64,000 nucleotides of DNA from Bacteroidales bacterium (GTDB lineage Bacteria; Bacteroidota; Bacteroidia; Bacteroidales; ML635J-15), in assembly GCA_016937855.1 (NCBI GenBank), contig JAFGVU010000025.1, forward strand, positions 464-64,463, in the 5' to 3' direction. The translations under genes were made by a program, and so were the position numbers. A model generated the notes under the pieces. That model made no database searches and was not told the origin of the DNA. It saw only the letters and a list, made by a program, of their open reading frames with translations. Below are positions 9,207 to 19,147 of this stretch, one piece after another (position 1 is the first letter of the stretch; every line of letters starts with the position of its first letter).

Positions 9207-9989
9207 TTAATCGGAGAAAATTATTGAGAAGTCATCGGCATCTTGCCAAGCAGGAAAGTCTTTTCTGAATGTATTTTGCCATGAGAGGTCAAAATTATGA
9301 AAAATCACTTCTTCAGAATTTTGATTGCAAGCATTTACAACAACTCCTTTTGCATCGACAAAGCATGATCCACCTTCATAATTGATATTATTTCCGTCGG
9401 TTCCAATTCTGTTTGCTGCAATTACAAGAGCTTGATTTTCGATTGCTCGAGCTTTTAGCAGAGTCTTAAAAATTTCCTGACGACTTGCAGGCCAATTTGC
9501 AATATAAATAATTGCGTCATAATCATTCCTATTTCTACTCCACACCGGGAATCTAAGATCATAACAAACTTGCAACAAAAACCGAACGTCTTTGTAATTG
9601 CAAATAACACGTTCGTTTCCTTTTGTGAACATATCAGCCTCACCACCCATTTTAAACAAATGACGTTTATCGTACCTTACAATTTCTCCATCAGGTTTAA
9701 TAAATAAAAAGGAGTTAAAATAATTGTCATTTTCATTTAAAATAATACTTCCACAGATTGCAGCATTTTGTTCCTTCGCCAGATTTTTAATAGTCGATAT
9801 TGTATCCCCATCCAAATTCTCAGCCATACTAGCAACATCATTTGTAAATCCAGTGTTAAACATTTCAGGTAATACGTATATGTCTGCTCGTTCCGAGTTC
9901 TTTACAATTTCTATAATTCTCTGTATGTTTTCAGAGAGATTTTCCCAAACAATATCATACTGTATAACAGCTATTTTAAGCTTACTCAT
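9207..9989 (-). CDS. Carbon-nitrogen hydrolase family amidohydrolase (YafV/omega-amidase-like)
   Basis: Trimmed to MSKLKIAVIQ. E-K-C triad context: LPEMFNTGF, KRHLF and QVCYDLRFP. Confidence 0.8.
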   Translation of the reverse strand: MSKLKIAVIQYDIVWENLSENIQRIIEIVKNSERADIYVLPEMFNTGFTNDVASMAENLDGDTISTIKNLAKEQNAAICGSIILNENDNYFNSFLFIKPDGEIVRYDKRHLFKMGGEADMFTKGNERVICNYKDVRFLLQVCYDLRFPVWSRNRNDYDAIIYIANWPASRQEIFKTLLKARAIENQALVIAANRIGTDGNNINYEGGSCFVDAKGVVVNACNQNSEEVIFHNFDLSWQNTFRKDFPAWQDADDFSIIFSD

Positions 9990-10533
9990 AACCGGTTTCA
10001 AATTTATCTTTATGCAGTCCGACACATCCAACATAATGTTTTTTTAAACGCTCCATAATTTCTTCATCCGTACCACTCATATCGAGCACACCCAAAACAC
10101 CCATATTTCGTGTGCGACAATCTAAAAAACCCATAACAACAGGGACATTTGCTCCTTTAGAAATCCGTATTAGACCCTTTTTCCAGTTCTTTGTTTTTTT
10201 TCGTGTTCCCTCAGGGGTAATAACAAGATAAAAACGATCCTTTGCATTATAAAAAGAGTCGATTGCTTTTTCAGTTAAGCCTGTTCTTCTACCACGATCA
10301 ACAGGAATTCCACCCATTCTTTTTAAAATAGGTCCTACCGGCCAAAAAAATGCTTCCTTCTTTACTAAAACCATAGGTCTGTATCCTTGCGAAGCAAAAT
10401 ATATTTTACCTAGAAAAAAATCCCACATACTAGTATGAGGAGCCATTAATACAACAGCTTTCTTTATATCAGGAAAGTCGTTATACTTCCACCGAAAAAG
10501 TTTTAAATACAATTTTGCCAGTGCTTTACTCAT
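9982..10533 (-). CDS. Lysophospholipid (1-acyl-sn-glycerol-3-phosphate-type) acyltransferase family protein
   Basis: HxxxxD box HTSMWD and PEGTR motif. Overlaps the downstream gene by 8 nt. Confidence 0.75.
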   Translation of the reverse strand: MSKALAKLYLKLFRWKYNDFPDIKKAVVLMAPHTSMWDFFLGKIYFASQGYRPMVLVKKEAFFWPVGPILKRMGGIPVDRGRRTGLTEKAIDSFYNAKDRFYLVITPEGTRKKTKNWKKGLIRISKGANVPVVMGFLDCRTRNMGVLGVLDMSGTDEEIMERLKKHYVGCVGLHKDKFETGYE

Positions 10534-11135
10534 ATTTTGTTTTTAATTTCTATTTTGTGATTCTGTTTTAACGAATTTAGCAAATTATCATAAAAAGACA
10601 ATCTAATTTGGAATAAAATTTTGCAATTTTCTAAAAATACTTGCTCAATAATTTCTGCATCATAATCGCTAAGAGTTTTCATCACAAAACTCATTTCGTC
10701 ATAATTAAAAATAACACTTGCCTGCTGCATAACGAATTGTTCGATAATTTTGGCATTTTGCAAAGCCTCTTTTGCTGCTGTTTTGTATGCATTTATCAAG
10801 CCCGGAACGCCTAATTTTGTTCCGCCAAAATATCTTACAACTACAATTAAGACATTTGTAAGCTCGAACGAACGTATTTGCCCTAACACGGGCATACCGG
10901 AGCTATTTGAGGGTTCTCCATCGTCGCTTGCTCTGTAAGTCGATTTATCGGCACCAATTACAAAAGCATAAACATGATGGCGTGCGTCATAATATTTTTT
11001 CTTTAGCTCCTGATGAATTTCCTTAACTTGCTCTTCCGACACAACAGGAAATGCAAAGGCATGAAACTTGCTGCCTTTTTCGGCGTAAAACCCGGAAGAT
11101 TCCCCCTCTATTGTATTAAATACATCGTTTTCCAT
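10530..11135 (-). CDS. IMPACT/YigZ (UPF0029) family protein
   Basis: YRASDDGEPSNSSGMPVL and RYFGGTKLGVPGLINAY are hallmark motifs of YigZ. Confidence 0.8.
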   Translation of the reverse strand: MENDVFNTIEGESSGFYAEKGSKFHAFAFPVVSEEQVKEIHQELKKKYYDARHHVYAFVIGADKSTYRASDDGEPSNSSGMPVLGQIRSFELTNVLIVVVRYFGGTKLGVPGLINAYKTAAKEALQNAKIIEQFVMQQASVIFNYDEMSFVMKTLSDYDAEIIEQVFLENCKILFQIRLSFYDNLLNSLKQNHKIEIKNKI

Positions 11136-12007
11136 TACAAATCGGCAATTGTAAGCAAAATTATTGTTATAACTGATAAAAACACTCCTAAAATGTTTAC
11201 TCTGGATAACTTTTCCTTGAAAAACAAAGTGCCTATTAATACAGTTACAAGAACAATCCCAACATCAACGACTCCATAGGTAACCGAATTTGCAAGTAAC
11301 CCACTGTTCATAGCAAGAAAAATAAAATAAACAGCTCCAAAATTCACTGCTCCTAAACTAAGACCAAAAAACCAGGTACGCCCTTTAGTAAATCCTTTTA
11401 ATGAAGAAGGTCTTAAAAACACTATAAGTGTTCCAAAAATAAGTGATACAGCAAAACATGTCGAGGTAAATATTGATGACATTTGAGAGTTAACATACTT
11501 CTCTTTTGAGAAAATCAATAATGAATTATTAACCCCCATCCCAATAAATAAAGCAAGTGGTAAAAGCATTGCAATAAAACCGGATTTTCTACCTTTGTTA
11601 GGTTTTACATATACACTCATCACAACAGCGAAAACAGCTAAAACAATAGCAACTATTTTTAGACTATTAATATTTTCATTATAAGCAATGATAGCAAATA
11701 ACATAGGTATTACAACGGACATTTTACTAGCGACAGTTGTAATTGATATCCCAGCCTTTTGCGATGATACTCCAACAACAAAAAACAATACAATAAAAAA
11801 GAATCCAATAACAAGTGCTGGATACAGCCACTGAGAATTGACAATTTCTTTAACCGGAAAACTACCATTAATAACAAAACCTAAAACTGCTGCAACAATA
11901 TAATTTATTACAATTACATTAATTAATGGTATCTTATATTGATCAACAAATTTGAAGATTACATATATTGCAGTTGCAGAGAGTACACTTAGAATTAGCC
12001 AGAGCAT
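11135..12007 (-). CDS. EamA/DMT-superfamily membrane transporter
   Basis: 290 aa with about 10 hydrophobic helices in two EamA-like halves. Confidence 0.7.
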   Translation of the reverse strand: MLWLILSVLSATAIYVIFKFVDQYKIPLINVIVINYIVAAVLGFVINGSFPVKEIVNSQWLYPALVIGFFFIVLFFVVGVSSQKAGISITTVASKMSVVIPMLFAIIAYNENINSLKIVAIVLAVFAVVMSVYVKPNKGRKSGFIAMLLPLALFIGMGVNNSLLIFSKEKYVNSQMSSIFTSTCFAVSLIFGTLIVFLRPSSLKGFTKGRTWFFGLSLGAVNFGAVYFIFLAMNSGLLANSVTYGVVDVGIVLVTVLIGTLFFKEKLSRVNILGVFLSVITIILLTIADL

Positions 12008-12010
12008 AAC

Positions 12011-12031
12011 AAAAAAGGGGCATAAAGCCCC
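12011..12031 (-). terminator. Probable intrinsic terminator after dnaA
   Basis: Minus strand: ggggc-tttat-gcccc followed by tttttt. Confidence 0.55.
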
Positions 12032-12035
12032 AATA

Positions 12036-13463
12036 TTACATTTTAAGTCTTTTTTCTATTTCGTCAAGGTCACCTTTAAACCTTTTATCTGTTTCTATAA
12101 GATTGTTGACAGTTTTACATGCGTGCAGCACTGTTGCATGATCTTTCCCACCAATTGATGCTCCAATCGACGCTAGTGATGCTTTAGTCATACTTTTAGC
12201 AAAGAACATTGCAATTTGACGTGCCTGAACAATTTCGCGTTTACGTGTTTTGCTACTTAATAAATCGACAGACATAGAAAAATAATTACAAACGACTTTT
12301 TGGATATAGTCGATTGAGATTTCTCTACGTGTACTTTTAACAAGTTTATCGATCATATCTTTGGCTAACTCCATTGTAATCTCTTTTTTATTAAGAGTTG
12401 ACTGAGCCAACAGCGATACAAGCGCACCTTCAAGTTCACGGATATTGCTGGTAATATGCGAAGCGATATACTCAAGTATTTCTTCCTCTATAATAATACC
12501 GTCCTTGTATGTTTTCTTTTTAAGTATTTTAATTCTTGTTTCAAAGTCAGGTTCCTGCAAATCGGCAGAAAGTCCCCATTTAAATCTGGAAAGCAATCTT
12601 TGCTCCATTCCGTTAAGCTCAACGGGTGGTTTATCAGAAGTAAGGACAAGCTGTTTTCCATGTTGATGTAAATGATTAAATATATGGAAGAAAACTTCTT
12701 GTGTTCCTTCTTTTTTAGCAAAGTATTGTACATCATCAACAATAAGAACGTCTATCATTTGATAAAAATGGATAAAGTCGTTACGATTATTGTTGCGGGT
12801 TGCCTCCATGTACTGGGTTAAGAATTTGTTTGCATCTACATAAAGAACAACTTTCTCGGGCATTAACTTTTTAACTTCTATACCAATTGCTTGTGCGAGA
12901 TGAGTTTTTCCAAGTCCTGATCCACCATAAACAAAAAGTGGGTTAAATGCAGTTCCGCCCGGATTTTGAGCGACAGCATAACCAGCAGAGCGAGCTAATC
13001 TGTTACATTCGCCTTCTACAAAATTGTCAAAGGTATATTCAGGATTTAAATGTGGATCAACATGTACTTTCTTAATTCCAGGAATTACAAAAGGATTAAC
13101 AATAGCGTTTGCTTCGAGATCAAGAGGCATTTGCACAGGTCTATTTACCAATTGAGTTTTTTCTCTAGCAGGAATCTTAACAGTATAAGGTTTTTCGGAA
13201 TTTGAGTTATTTTCCATAACCACATGATACTCAAGTTTGGCATCAGGGCCAATAACCTTGTGAAGTGTTTTTTTCAATAAATCCAAAAACTGCTCCTCAA
13301 TAAATTCATAGAAAAATGTACTAGGCACCTGTATTGTCAGCACATTATCCTGAATATCCAATGGTACTATCGGCTCAAACCATGTACGGAAACTGTTTTT
13401 TGGAACATTATCCCTAATGATTTGCAAGCATTTAGCCCATATCTCTTCACTCCTTTTCACCAT
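12036..13463 (-). CDS. dnaA: Chromosomal replication initiator protein DnaA
   Basis: Walker A GGSGLGKTHL, box VII and sensor motifs, and the C-terminal DNA-binding helix (GGKDHATVLHACK). The TTG-extended track ORF was trimmed to ATG 13463. Confidence 0.95.
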   Translation of the reverse strand: MVKRSEEIWAKCLQIIRDNVPKNSFRTWFEPIVPLDIQDNVLTIQVPSTFFYEFIEEQFLDLLKKTLHKVIGPDAKLEYHVVMENNSNSEKPYTVKIPAREKTQLVNRPVQMPLDLEANAIVNPFVIPGIKKVHVDPHLNPEYTFDNFVEGECNRLARSAGYAVAQNPGGTAFNPLFVYGGSGLGKTHLAQAIGIEVKKLMPEKVVLYVDANKFLTQYMEATRNNNRNDFIHFYQMIDVLIVDDVQYFAKKEGTQEVFFHIFNHLHQHGKQLVLTSDKPPVELNGMEQRLLSRFKWGLSADLQEPDFETRIKILKKKTYKDGIIIEEEILEYIASHITSNIRELEGALVSLLAQSTLNKKEITMELAKDMIDKLVKSTRREISIDYIQKVVCNYFSMSVDLLSSKTRKREIVQARQIAMFFAKSMTKASLASIGASIGGKDHATVLHACKTVNNLIETDKRFKGDLDEIEKRLKM

Positions 13464-13888
13464 TAACACAATATTTTTAAATTCTACATTATCGTCAAAA
13501 AAGCGTTGCAAGATCTCATTTTTTTTCTTAAGAAAAAAATCAATTTGCTCTTGTTTTTTATTTTTTTTTAGTTAAGCGTGTTACTTTTGTTACATGCGAC
13601 AGAGAGTTTGCAAATGTCACAAAACATTTATAATCAAACTATTAGAAAATTCCGCATGCCTTTTCCACATCCTGCTTAGCGCTCAACTTTACAAAGCATA
13701 AAAATACTAATAAATATCAGAGTGCAAAACATTTTTTTTATTTTTTTTTATTTTTTTTCTGTTTGTTGGAATAAAGACGTAATAATCAGACAATAAAAGG
13801 CATTATTTAGATAATTGGTTGCAGTGTATGCTCATATTTTTTTGATTGTCAATCGTTTATCCCGAAACATCGATTCTGGAGAGATTAA

Positions 13889-14704
13889 TCAATTTTTATT
13901 CCCCGTCTCAACCTGTCCTGACTCATAATTAAACTCCGACCCTCCCATAGAGTGCGGAATTGAAAAAACGACAAGCATTGATATCGCAGCAACAACAACT
14001 ATCCATTTTCTGTCTTTCTTAAAATTAAGAACTAATGCAACCAACCAAAACATAAGTCCTATTAGTGTTTTATTATCGGTAAAATCTTTACCTACAGGCC
14101 AACCAGTCCAGTAATCTCCAAATGCATAGTTTTGCATAATTGGTCCAAAAATAAAGCCTCCAACAATCAACAATCCTATTGTCAAGTACATAAACAAGCG
14201 GTAATTGCCAGTTTTAAAAACTATGGAAAACAAAGCCACCATGCTAAAAAGCATCGCAGCAAACATTGCTATAACATGAGGAATAAGAACATAGCTTGGC
14301 ACCGCTCCTTTAAATCTGATAATTGCAGCATTATGCTTATTATCCCAAATCTGTTCACCATCTTTAAATAAAACAATATAATACTTTAATTTGCCGGCAG
14401 GTGGTTGATCTGGCAAATATGCTTCCCAAACTCCTCCGGTATTCTTCACATGAATTGTTGTGCTTTCAAAATTACCGGGATACTTAGAATAAATCAGCAA
14501 AACTTCGTCAAATGCATCCGACTCCTCAAGGGTAATCATTGCAGATTTTCCTGTTTCGGCTGTTCTTAATAGTTTAGCGGTATAGTTTTCATCGCCGGGA
14601 ATTCCAGAAATTTTTAATGGATAGGTTGGACCACTCATTCTCTGATAAACAGATGCTCCCAGTGTTATAATCACAGCAATAAACCAAACCAAAAATTTTT
14701 TCAT
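13889..14704 (-). CDS. Integral membrane protein, unknown function (N-terminal extracytoplasmic domain plus about 4 TM helices)
   Basis: A 271-aa ORF with a signal/anchor and hydrophobic C-terminal half. Confidence 0.6.
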   Translation of the reverse strand: MKKFLVWFIAVIITLGASVYQRMSGPTYPLKISGIPGDENYTAKLLRTAETGKSAMITLEESDAFDEVLLIYSKYPGNFESTTIHVKNTGGVWEAYLPDQPPAGKLKYYIVLFKDGEQIWDNKHNAAIIRFKGAVPSYVLIPHVIAMFAAMLFSMVALFSIVFKTGNYRLFMYLTIGLLIVGGFIFGPIMQNYAFGDYWTGWPVGKDFTDNKTLIGLMFWLVALVLNFKKDRKWIVVVAAISMLVVFSIPHSMGGSEFNYESGQVETGNKN

Positions 14705-14732
14705 TCTATCTAATTCTTATAAATAGTTCTTA

Positions 14733-16424
14733 CTAAAAATTTAATTCCACTTCTAATTTTTCGCCATTTCGCTCTACAACCCCCTTAACTGTCTGCCCCT
14801 GCTCAAACCCCGACATTGCATTCATATATTCATAAATACCACCGATTTTCATCCCGTCAAGTTCTACAATTTTATCACCCTTAACAATTCCCGCTTTCTC
14901 GGCTACACCACCTGCTGTAACTCCATCCACGCCCAAACCATCAGAGTTTCTCGAAGTCATATCCGGCATAATGCCAAGTTTCACCTTCATTTCTCCGCCA
15001 TGACGCACTTGTTGGGACTGCTGATCCTGCAAAAAACTAAGTTTTACATTTTCATCGCCCAATTTCTCTATCAATAAAACAGATAATTTGGCAATATTAT
15101 GCAAGCCGACAAAATTAATTTTCTCGATATCGTCCTCAGGGGTGTGATAATCGCTATGCATTCCGGTACTAAAAAATAAAACCGGGATTTTCTCTGTATA
15201 AAATGAGGCCTGATCAGAACCCGAAAAACCACCTCCTCCAGCAATAAGCTTAAGATTATCTGATTGGAATAAATTTAAAATTGAGTCAAACTCAACAGCA
15301 CTTGTAGCCCCCATAACTGACAACCCGTTATCACTCAATCTTCCAACCATATCAAAATTTAGCATCGTCTTTATGCTTTTCATTGTATCAGGCAAATGCT
15401 CAACAAAGTATTTACTTCCAATTAAACCTTGTTCTTCAGCTCCAAATAGGACAAATGCCAAATTTATTTCTGTCGGATTTTTCGCAAAATACTCCGCTAA
15501 CATAAGCACAACAGCTACACCGGAGGCATTATCATCTGCCCCGTTATGTATTTCCTTGGCATCGGGTCTTCTTGATCCAGAACCAAGCCCACCATAACCT
15601 AAGTGATCGTAATGAGCTCCAACTACTATCCAATCATTTGAACTAGAATTACCAACAAAGCCAGCAATATTGTATGATTCAGTATTTTCTACAACTGTTC
15701 GATAATTTAGCTTTACATCCAATTTAATCTCTCCAGACATTACAAAATCAAAAATCTCACTCGAATAATCATCTGATTCAAAGCCACTTTGACGCATAAC
15801 CTGAACTAATGATTCTCTAGAAATCTGCAAAACCGGTATTGATATTTTGGAAACCGACCTATTAAAAACTAGAGGATAAAATTCATTATCATTATCTAAG
15901 TCATAATCTGATACTATTATCAATGCTCCTGCTCCACGATGTAAAGCAAAAATTCCTAACTCCACTAATTCACGATATTTTAATCCCTCAGAGCTGGTTT
16001 CTTTTAATCTGTATAAAATGGTTTTGCCATTAACATTCACTGAAGAGTCCTGTAAATCGTAAACAAACTCTACCGCTCCTTCGACATTTGCATCACCCGA
16101 AAAACTAAATGGCAAAAAATCTGAATTTGCTTTAAGTTCATTATCATTAATAAGGACTGCATAATCAGAATCTAACTTTATACCTGATGCAATATCATAC
16201 ACCTGCAAATTTTCCGGCCAAAAACTGCTTAGCCCATAATCCCTAAGTTTAGTACTTAAAAAAGCTGCTGCAATTTTATCCTGAGTACTGCCCGCAAGTC
16301 TGCCTTCCAACTTTTCCGATGATAGAAACTCCACTACCTGAATTCCTGTTGTGGGATTTTGAGAATATACATGATTAATTAATGTATAAAATAAAACTAA
16401 TAATAATGTTAAAACTTTTCGCAT
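14733..16424 (-). CDS. Secreted M28-family aminopeptidase with PA and C-terminal PDZ domains
   Basis: Metal ligand motifs HYDHLG, GADDNASG, FGAEEQGLIGS and NFDMVG. PDZ-like GGVAEKAGIVKGDKIVELDG. Confidence 0.85.
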   Translation of the reverse strand: MRKVLTLLLVLFYTLINHVYSQNPTTGIQVVEFLSSEKLEGRLAGSTQDKIAAAFLSTKLRDYGLSSFWPENLQVYDIASGIKLDSDYAVLINDNELKANSDFLPFSFSGDANVEGAVEFVYDLQDSSVNVNGKTILYRLKETSSEGLKYRELVELGIFALHRGAGALIIVSDYDLDNDNEFYPLVFNRSVSKISIPVLQISRESLVQVMRQSGFESDDYSSEIFDFVMSGEIKLDVKLNYRTVVENTESYNIAGFVGNSSSNDWIVVGAHYDHLGYGGLGSGSRRPDAKEIHNGADDNASGVAVVLMLAEYFAKNPTEINLAFVLFGAEEQGLIGSKYFVEHLPDTMKSIKTMLNFDMVGRLSDNGLSVMGATSAVEFDSILNLFQSDNLKLIAGGGGFSGSDQASFYTEKIPVLFFSTGMHSDYHTPEDDIEKINFVGLHNIAKLSVLLIEKLGDENVKLSFLQDQQSQQVRHGGEMKVKLGIMPDMTSRNSDGLGVDGVTAGGVAEKAGIVKGDKIVELDGMKIGGIYEYMNAMSGFEQGQTVKGVVERNGEKLEVELNF

Positions 16425-16531
16425 TTTTTTTATTTATATAAATCTAACTTTTCTGTTTTAGCACAATTTAACCATTCGCAATTTACAACACTTATAAAAA
16501 ACATTTTTATTTACTTAATGTTTTAGCAATA

Positions 16532-16891
16532 TCACTCAACAATATAGTTAAAAACATTTTTTCGTTTCTCGCCTTCATTTTTCCATTCAGGGCTTTCGAT
16601 CCACAGAGTATCTCCTTTTTGAACAATTGCGATACTAGTAACCCTATTTACGAAATCGTTTGGTATATTTTTAAACTTAAGCTCTTTAACCTGAAAGACA
16701 AGAACTTTTTCTTTTGGCTCTACAACATGCTCAAACCCTCTCCCATCATCGGTTTTGCATAGAATAAGCATATTTTCCGAAGTATTATTAGTCACATAAA
16801 ATGTAGTATCCACTACCAATGATCCTGTTCCTATAAAAATTGCAGAAATAGTAAAAAGAACCGCAATTATTATTTTAAGTTTTTTTTTCAT
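16532..16891 (-). CDS. Small secreted/anchored hypothetical protein (119 aa)
   Basis: ORF with an N-terminal hydrophobic segment. Confidence 0.5.
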   Translation of the reverse strand: MKKKLKIIIAVLFTISAIFIGTGSLVVDTTFYVTNNTSENMLILCKTDDGRGFEHVVEPKEKVLVFQVKELKFKNIPNDFVNRVTSIAIVQKGDTLWIESPEWKNEGEKRKNVFNYIVE

Positions 16892-16976
16892 TTTGCTTTA
16901 AATATTTAGCCACTAAGATAATAATAATTATCTTAGCATCTATAAATAAAAGGTAATCCTTAAACCTACAAAAAAA

Positions 16977-17558
16977 ATGGATAAAAAAACGATATGTGTC
17001 TTTTGTAGTTCCAGCGACGATTTGTCAAAAAAATACTATTTATTAGCAAACGAGCTAGGATCACTTTTGGGCAAAAACAATTATAACTTGATACACGGTG
17101 CCGGCTCAATTGGACTAATGGGAGTATTGATGAAATCGGCATCCGATTCAGGCTGCATTGTAACCGGGGTTGTCCCGGAGCGGTTAAACCGCCCAAATAT
17201 CGTTTCCGACAAGCATCAAAAATTGGTTATAACCGCCGACATGAAAGACAGAAAAGAATATATGCGAAAAAACTCTGATGCATTTATTGCATTACCTGGT
17301 GGTTATGGTACCCTTGAAGAGCTACTGGAGATTATTACACTTAAGCAATTAAAATATCATACAAAACCTATAGTTATAATAAATTTTGATGGATTTTACG
17401 ATATGTTGCTAAACCAATTTGAAGTATTTTATTCAGAAAAATTCACAAACGAATCTTACAAAGGACTCTATCATGTGTGTACAACACCCAATGAGGCACT
17501 TAGATATATTGAAGGCTACGAGCCAAAGAACATTTATGACAAATACTTAAAAGAATAA
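16977..17558 (+). CDS. LOG-family (TIGR00730) nucleotide 5'-monophosphate nucleosidase / 'lysine decarboxylase-like' protein
   Basis: GAGSIGLMG and PGGYGTLEE motifs. Confidence 0.85.
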   Translation: MDKKTICVFCSSSDDLSKKYYLLANELGSLLGKNNYNLIHGAGSIGLMGVLMKSASDSGCIVTGVVPERLNRPNIVSDKHQKLVITADMKDRKEYMRKNSDAFIALPGGYGTLEELLEIITLKQLKYHTKPIVIINFDGFYDMLLNQFEVFYSEKFTNESYKGLYHVCTTPNEALRYIEGYEPKNIYDKYLKE

Positions 17559-17570
17559 TTTAAACTTTAT

Positions 17571-18683
17571 ATGAAAAACCCATTTAGTTACGAAACCTAC
17601 TCTAAAAGAGTCCGGTCAAGAGACGCCGATGTGCGAGGAGACTTTTTCAGGGACCAAACAGCCATCATACACTCCACGGCATTTAGAAGATTAAAGAATA
17701 AAACTCAAGTTTTTTTTGCACCTGAAAACGATCATATTTGCACAAGAATCGAGCATGTACTACACGTTGCAACAATTGCCGCATCTATTTGTAAAGGACT
17801 AAATTCTCATGGTTGGGATCTTGATATAGATATGGCTTATGCAATTGGTCTGGGTCACGACTTGGGTCACACACCATTTGGACATGCAGGAGAAATGGCA
17901 TTAAATAAGATTTTAGGAGGAAATAATGCATTTGTGCACGAAGTAAACTCTTATCGTCAGGTTGAGTACCTTGCAAATAAAGGAAAAGGGTTAAATCTTT
18001 GTTATGGAGTTAAAGATGGCATTATTTGTCATAATGGTGAAAAAGACGAACAAAAACTAAAACCATCAACAACTCTAAACAATCTCGACGAGATAAAAAA
18101 TCGCAAAGTTGTTTCTACATCGTACGAAGGCTGCATTATGAGGTTTTCTGATAAAATTGCATATCTGGGACGCGATATCGAAGACGCTTTTGTTGCCGGG
18201 TTTATTACTGATAAGGACATCCCGACCGATGTTAAAAACATGTTAGGTGATCGAAACGGACAGATAATTCATAAGCTAATTATAGACATTATTAAAAACT
18301 CTGCCGACAAGGATTACATTGGTTTTTCTGACGAAACATACGCAATGGTAACCAAACTTAAACACTTTAATTACAAAAACATTTATGAGCACCCAGATTT
18401 GCGAAAATATGATATTTTTTGTGGTAAAATTATAAATAACTTGTTTGAATATACAAGCGAACTTTTTGATAGATATGGTTATAATTACGAAAAATACACT
18501 AAAAGCGGAATTGAGCTAGACAAAAACTTTGGCGATTATTTAAAAGGCATGTCTGAGTTTTACCAAAACAAACAAGAGTCAAGCAATCAGATAGTTACTG
18601 ATTATATTTCAGGGATGACAGACAGTTACGCTCTCGAATCAATTAAGCAAATTACAATACCTAAGCCAATACATTTTAATTAA
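17571..18683 (+). CDS. dGTPase-like HD-domain dNTP triphosphohydrolase family protein
   Basis: FFRDQTAIIHSTAFRRLKNKTQVF, TRIEHVLHV and GLGHDLGHTPFGHAGE. Starts 12 nt after the LOG gene. Confidence 0.85.
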   Translation: MKNPFSYETYSKRVRSRDADVRGDFFRDQTAIIHSTAFRRLKNKTQVFFAPENDHICTRIEHVLHVATIAASICKGLNSHGWDLDIDMAYAIGLGHDLGHTPFGHAGEMALNKILGGNNAFVHEVNSYRQVEYLANKGKGLNLCYGVKDGIICHNGEKDEQKLKPSTTLNNLDEIKNRKVVSTSYEGCIMRFSDKIAYLGRDIEDAFVAGFITDKDIPTDVKNMLGDRNGQIIHKLIIDIIKNSADKDYIGFSDETYAMVTKLKHFNYKNIYEHPDLRKYDIFCGKIINNLFEYTSELFDRYGYNYEKYTKSGIELDKNFGDYLKGMSEFYQNKQESSNQIVTDYISGMTDSYALESIKQITIPKPIHFN

Positions 18684-19147
18684 TGAGCGAACAAAAGGAG
18701 CAAATATTATTAATTACAGGTATTAATACAGATACCAATATTGACGTTCTTATCGAGACAATTGAGAAAACACTTCATAAATTTAATAACAAAACAATTA
18801 CTAAAAGAATTCTAGCATGCAGCATTGAGCTTATACAAAACAATATAATTCACAATAAAAACAAACCTTCAGAAATAATAATCAGCGAAACCGAAGATAC
18901 TATTGATTTAAAAATATCACAGAGCATATTGTTTTATGACGCCCAAAATATACTTAAAATCATTAATTCTATTAATCAAAATAATATTGAGGCACTAAAA
19001 ATAATTTACCGACAAAACCTAAGCGGAGAAGAGAAAACAACCGGGAATGGTTTAATAATTTGTAGAATAAAGTCCGAAAATAAAATAAAGTTTAACTGTA
19101 CAAACTCAGATTTATACGAAATAATACTAAAATTTAATAAACTATGA
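18683..19147 (+). CDS. SiaB-like GHKL-fold protein kinase (partner-switch kinase)
   Basis: 154 aa. ELIQNNIIH (N-box-like) and TGNGLIICRIKS (G-box-like). Its ATG overlaps the stop of the HD gene (TAATG). Confidence 0.55.
   Translation: MSEQKEQILLITGINTDTNIDVLIETIEKTLHKFNNKTITKRILACSIELIQNNIIHNKNKPSEIIISETEDTIDLKISQSILFYDAQNILKIINSINQNNIEALKIIYRQNLSGEEKTTGNGLIICRIKSENKIKFNCTNSDLYEIILKFNKL

Noticed and set aside
13464-13511. TTG/GTG-initiated N-terminal extensions in the ORF track. Affected genes: dnaA, S8 protease 30046-30093, sod 43583-43630, abgT 41924-41950, mnmD 30784-30828, C-N hydrolase 9990-10034, GldM-like 1623-1700, 7618 gene 8311-8322, 24211 gene 25735-25764, 44257 gene 44995-45036.
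   Set aside because: In each case an in-frame ATG follows that begins a canonical N-terminus or signal peptide. The extensions add non-homologous residues or overlap neighbouring genes.
13512-13888. Calling this region oriC as a feature.
   Set aside because: I could find only one near-consensus DnaA box by eye and cannot compute GC skew. It is kept as a low-interest finding only.
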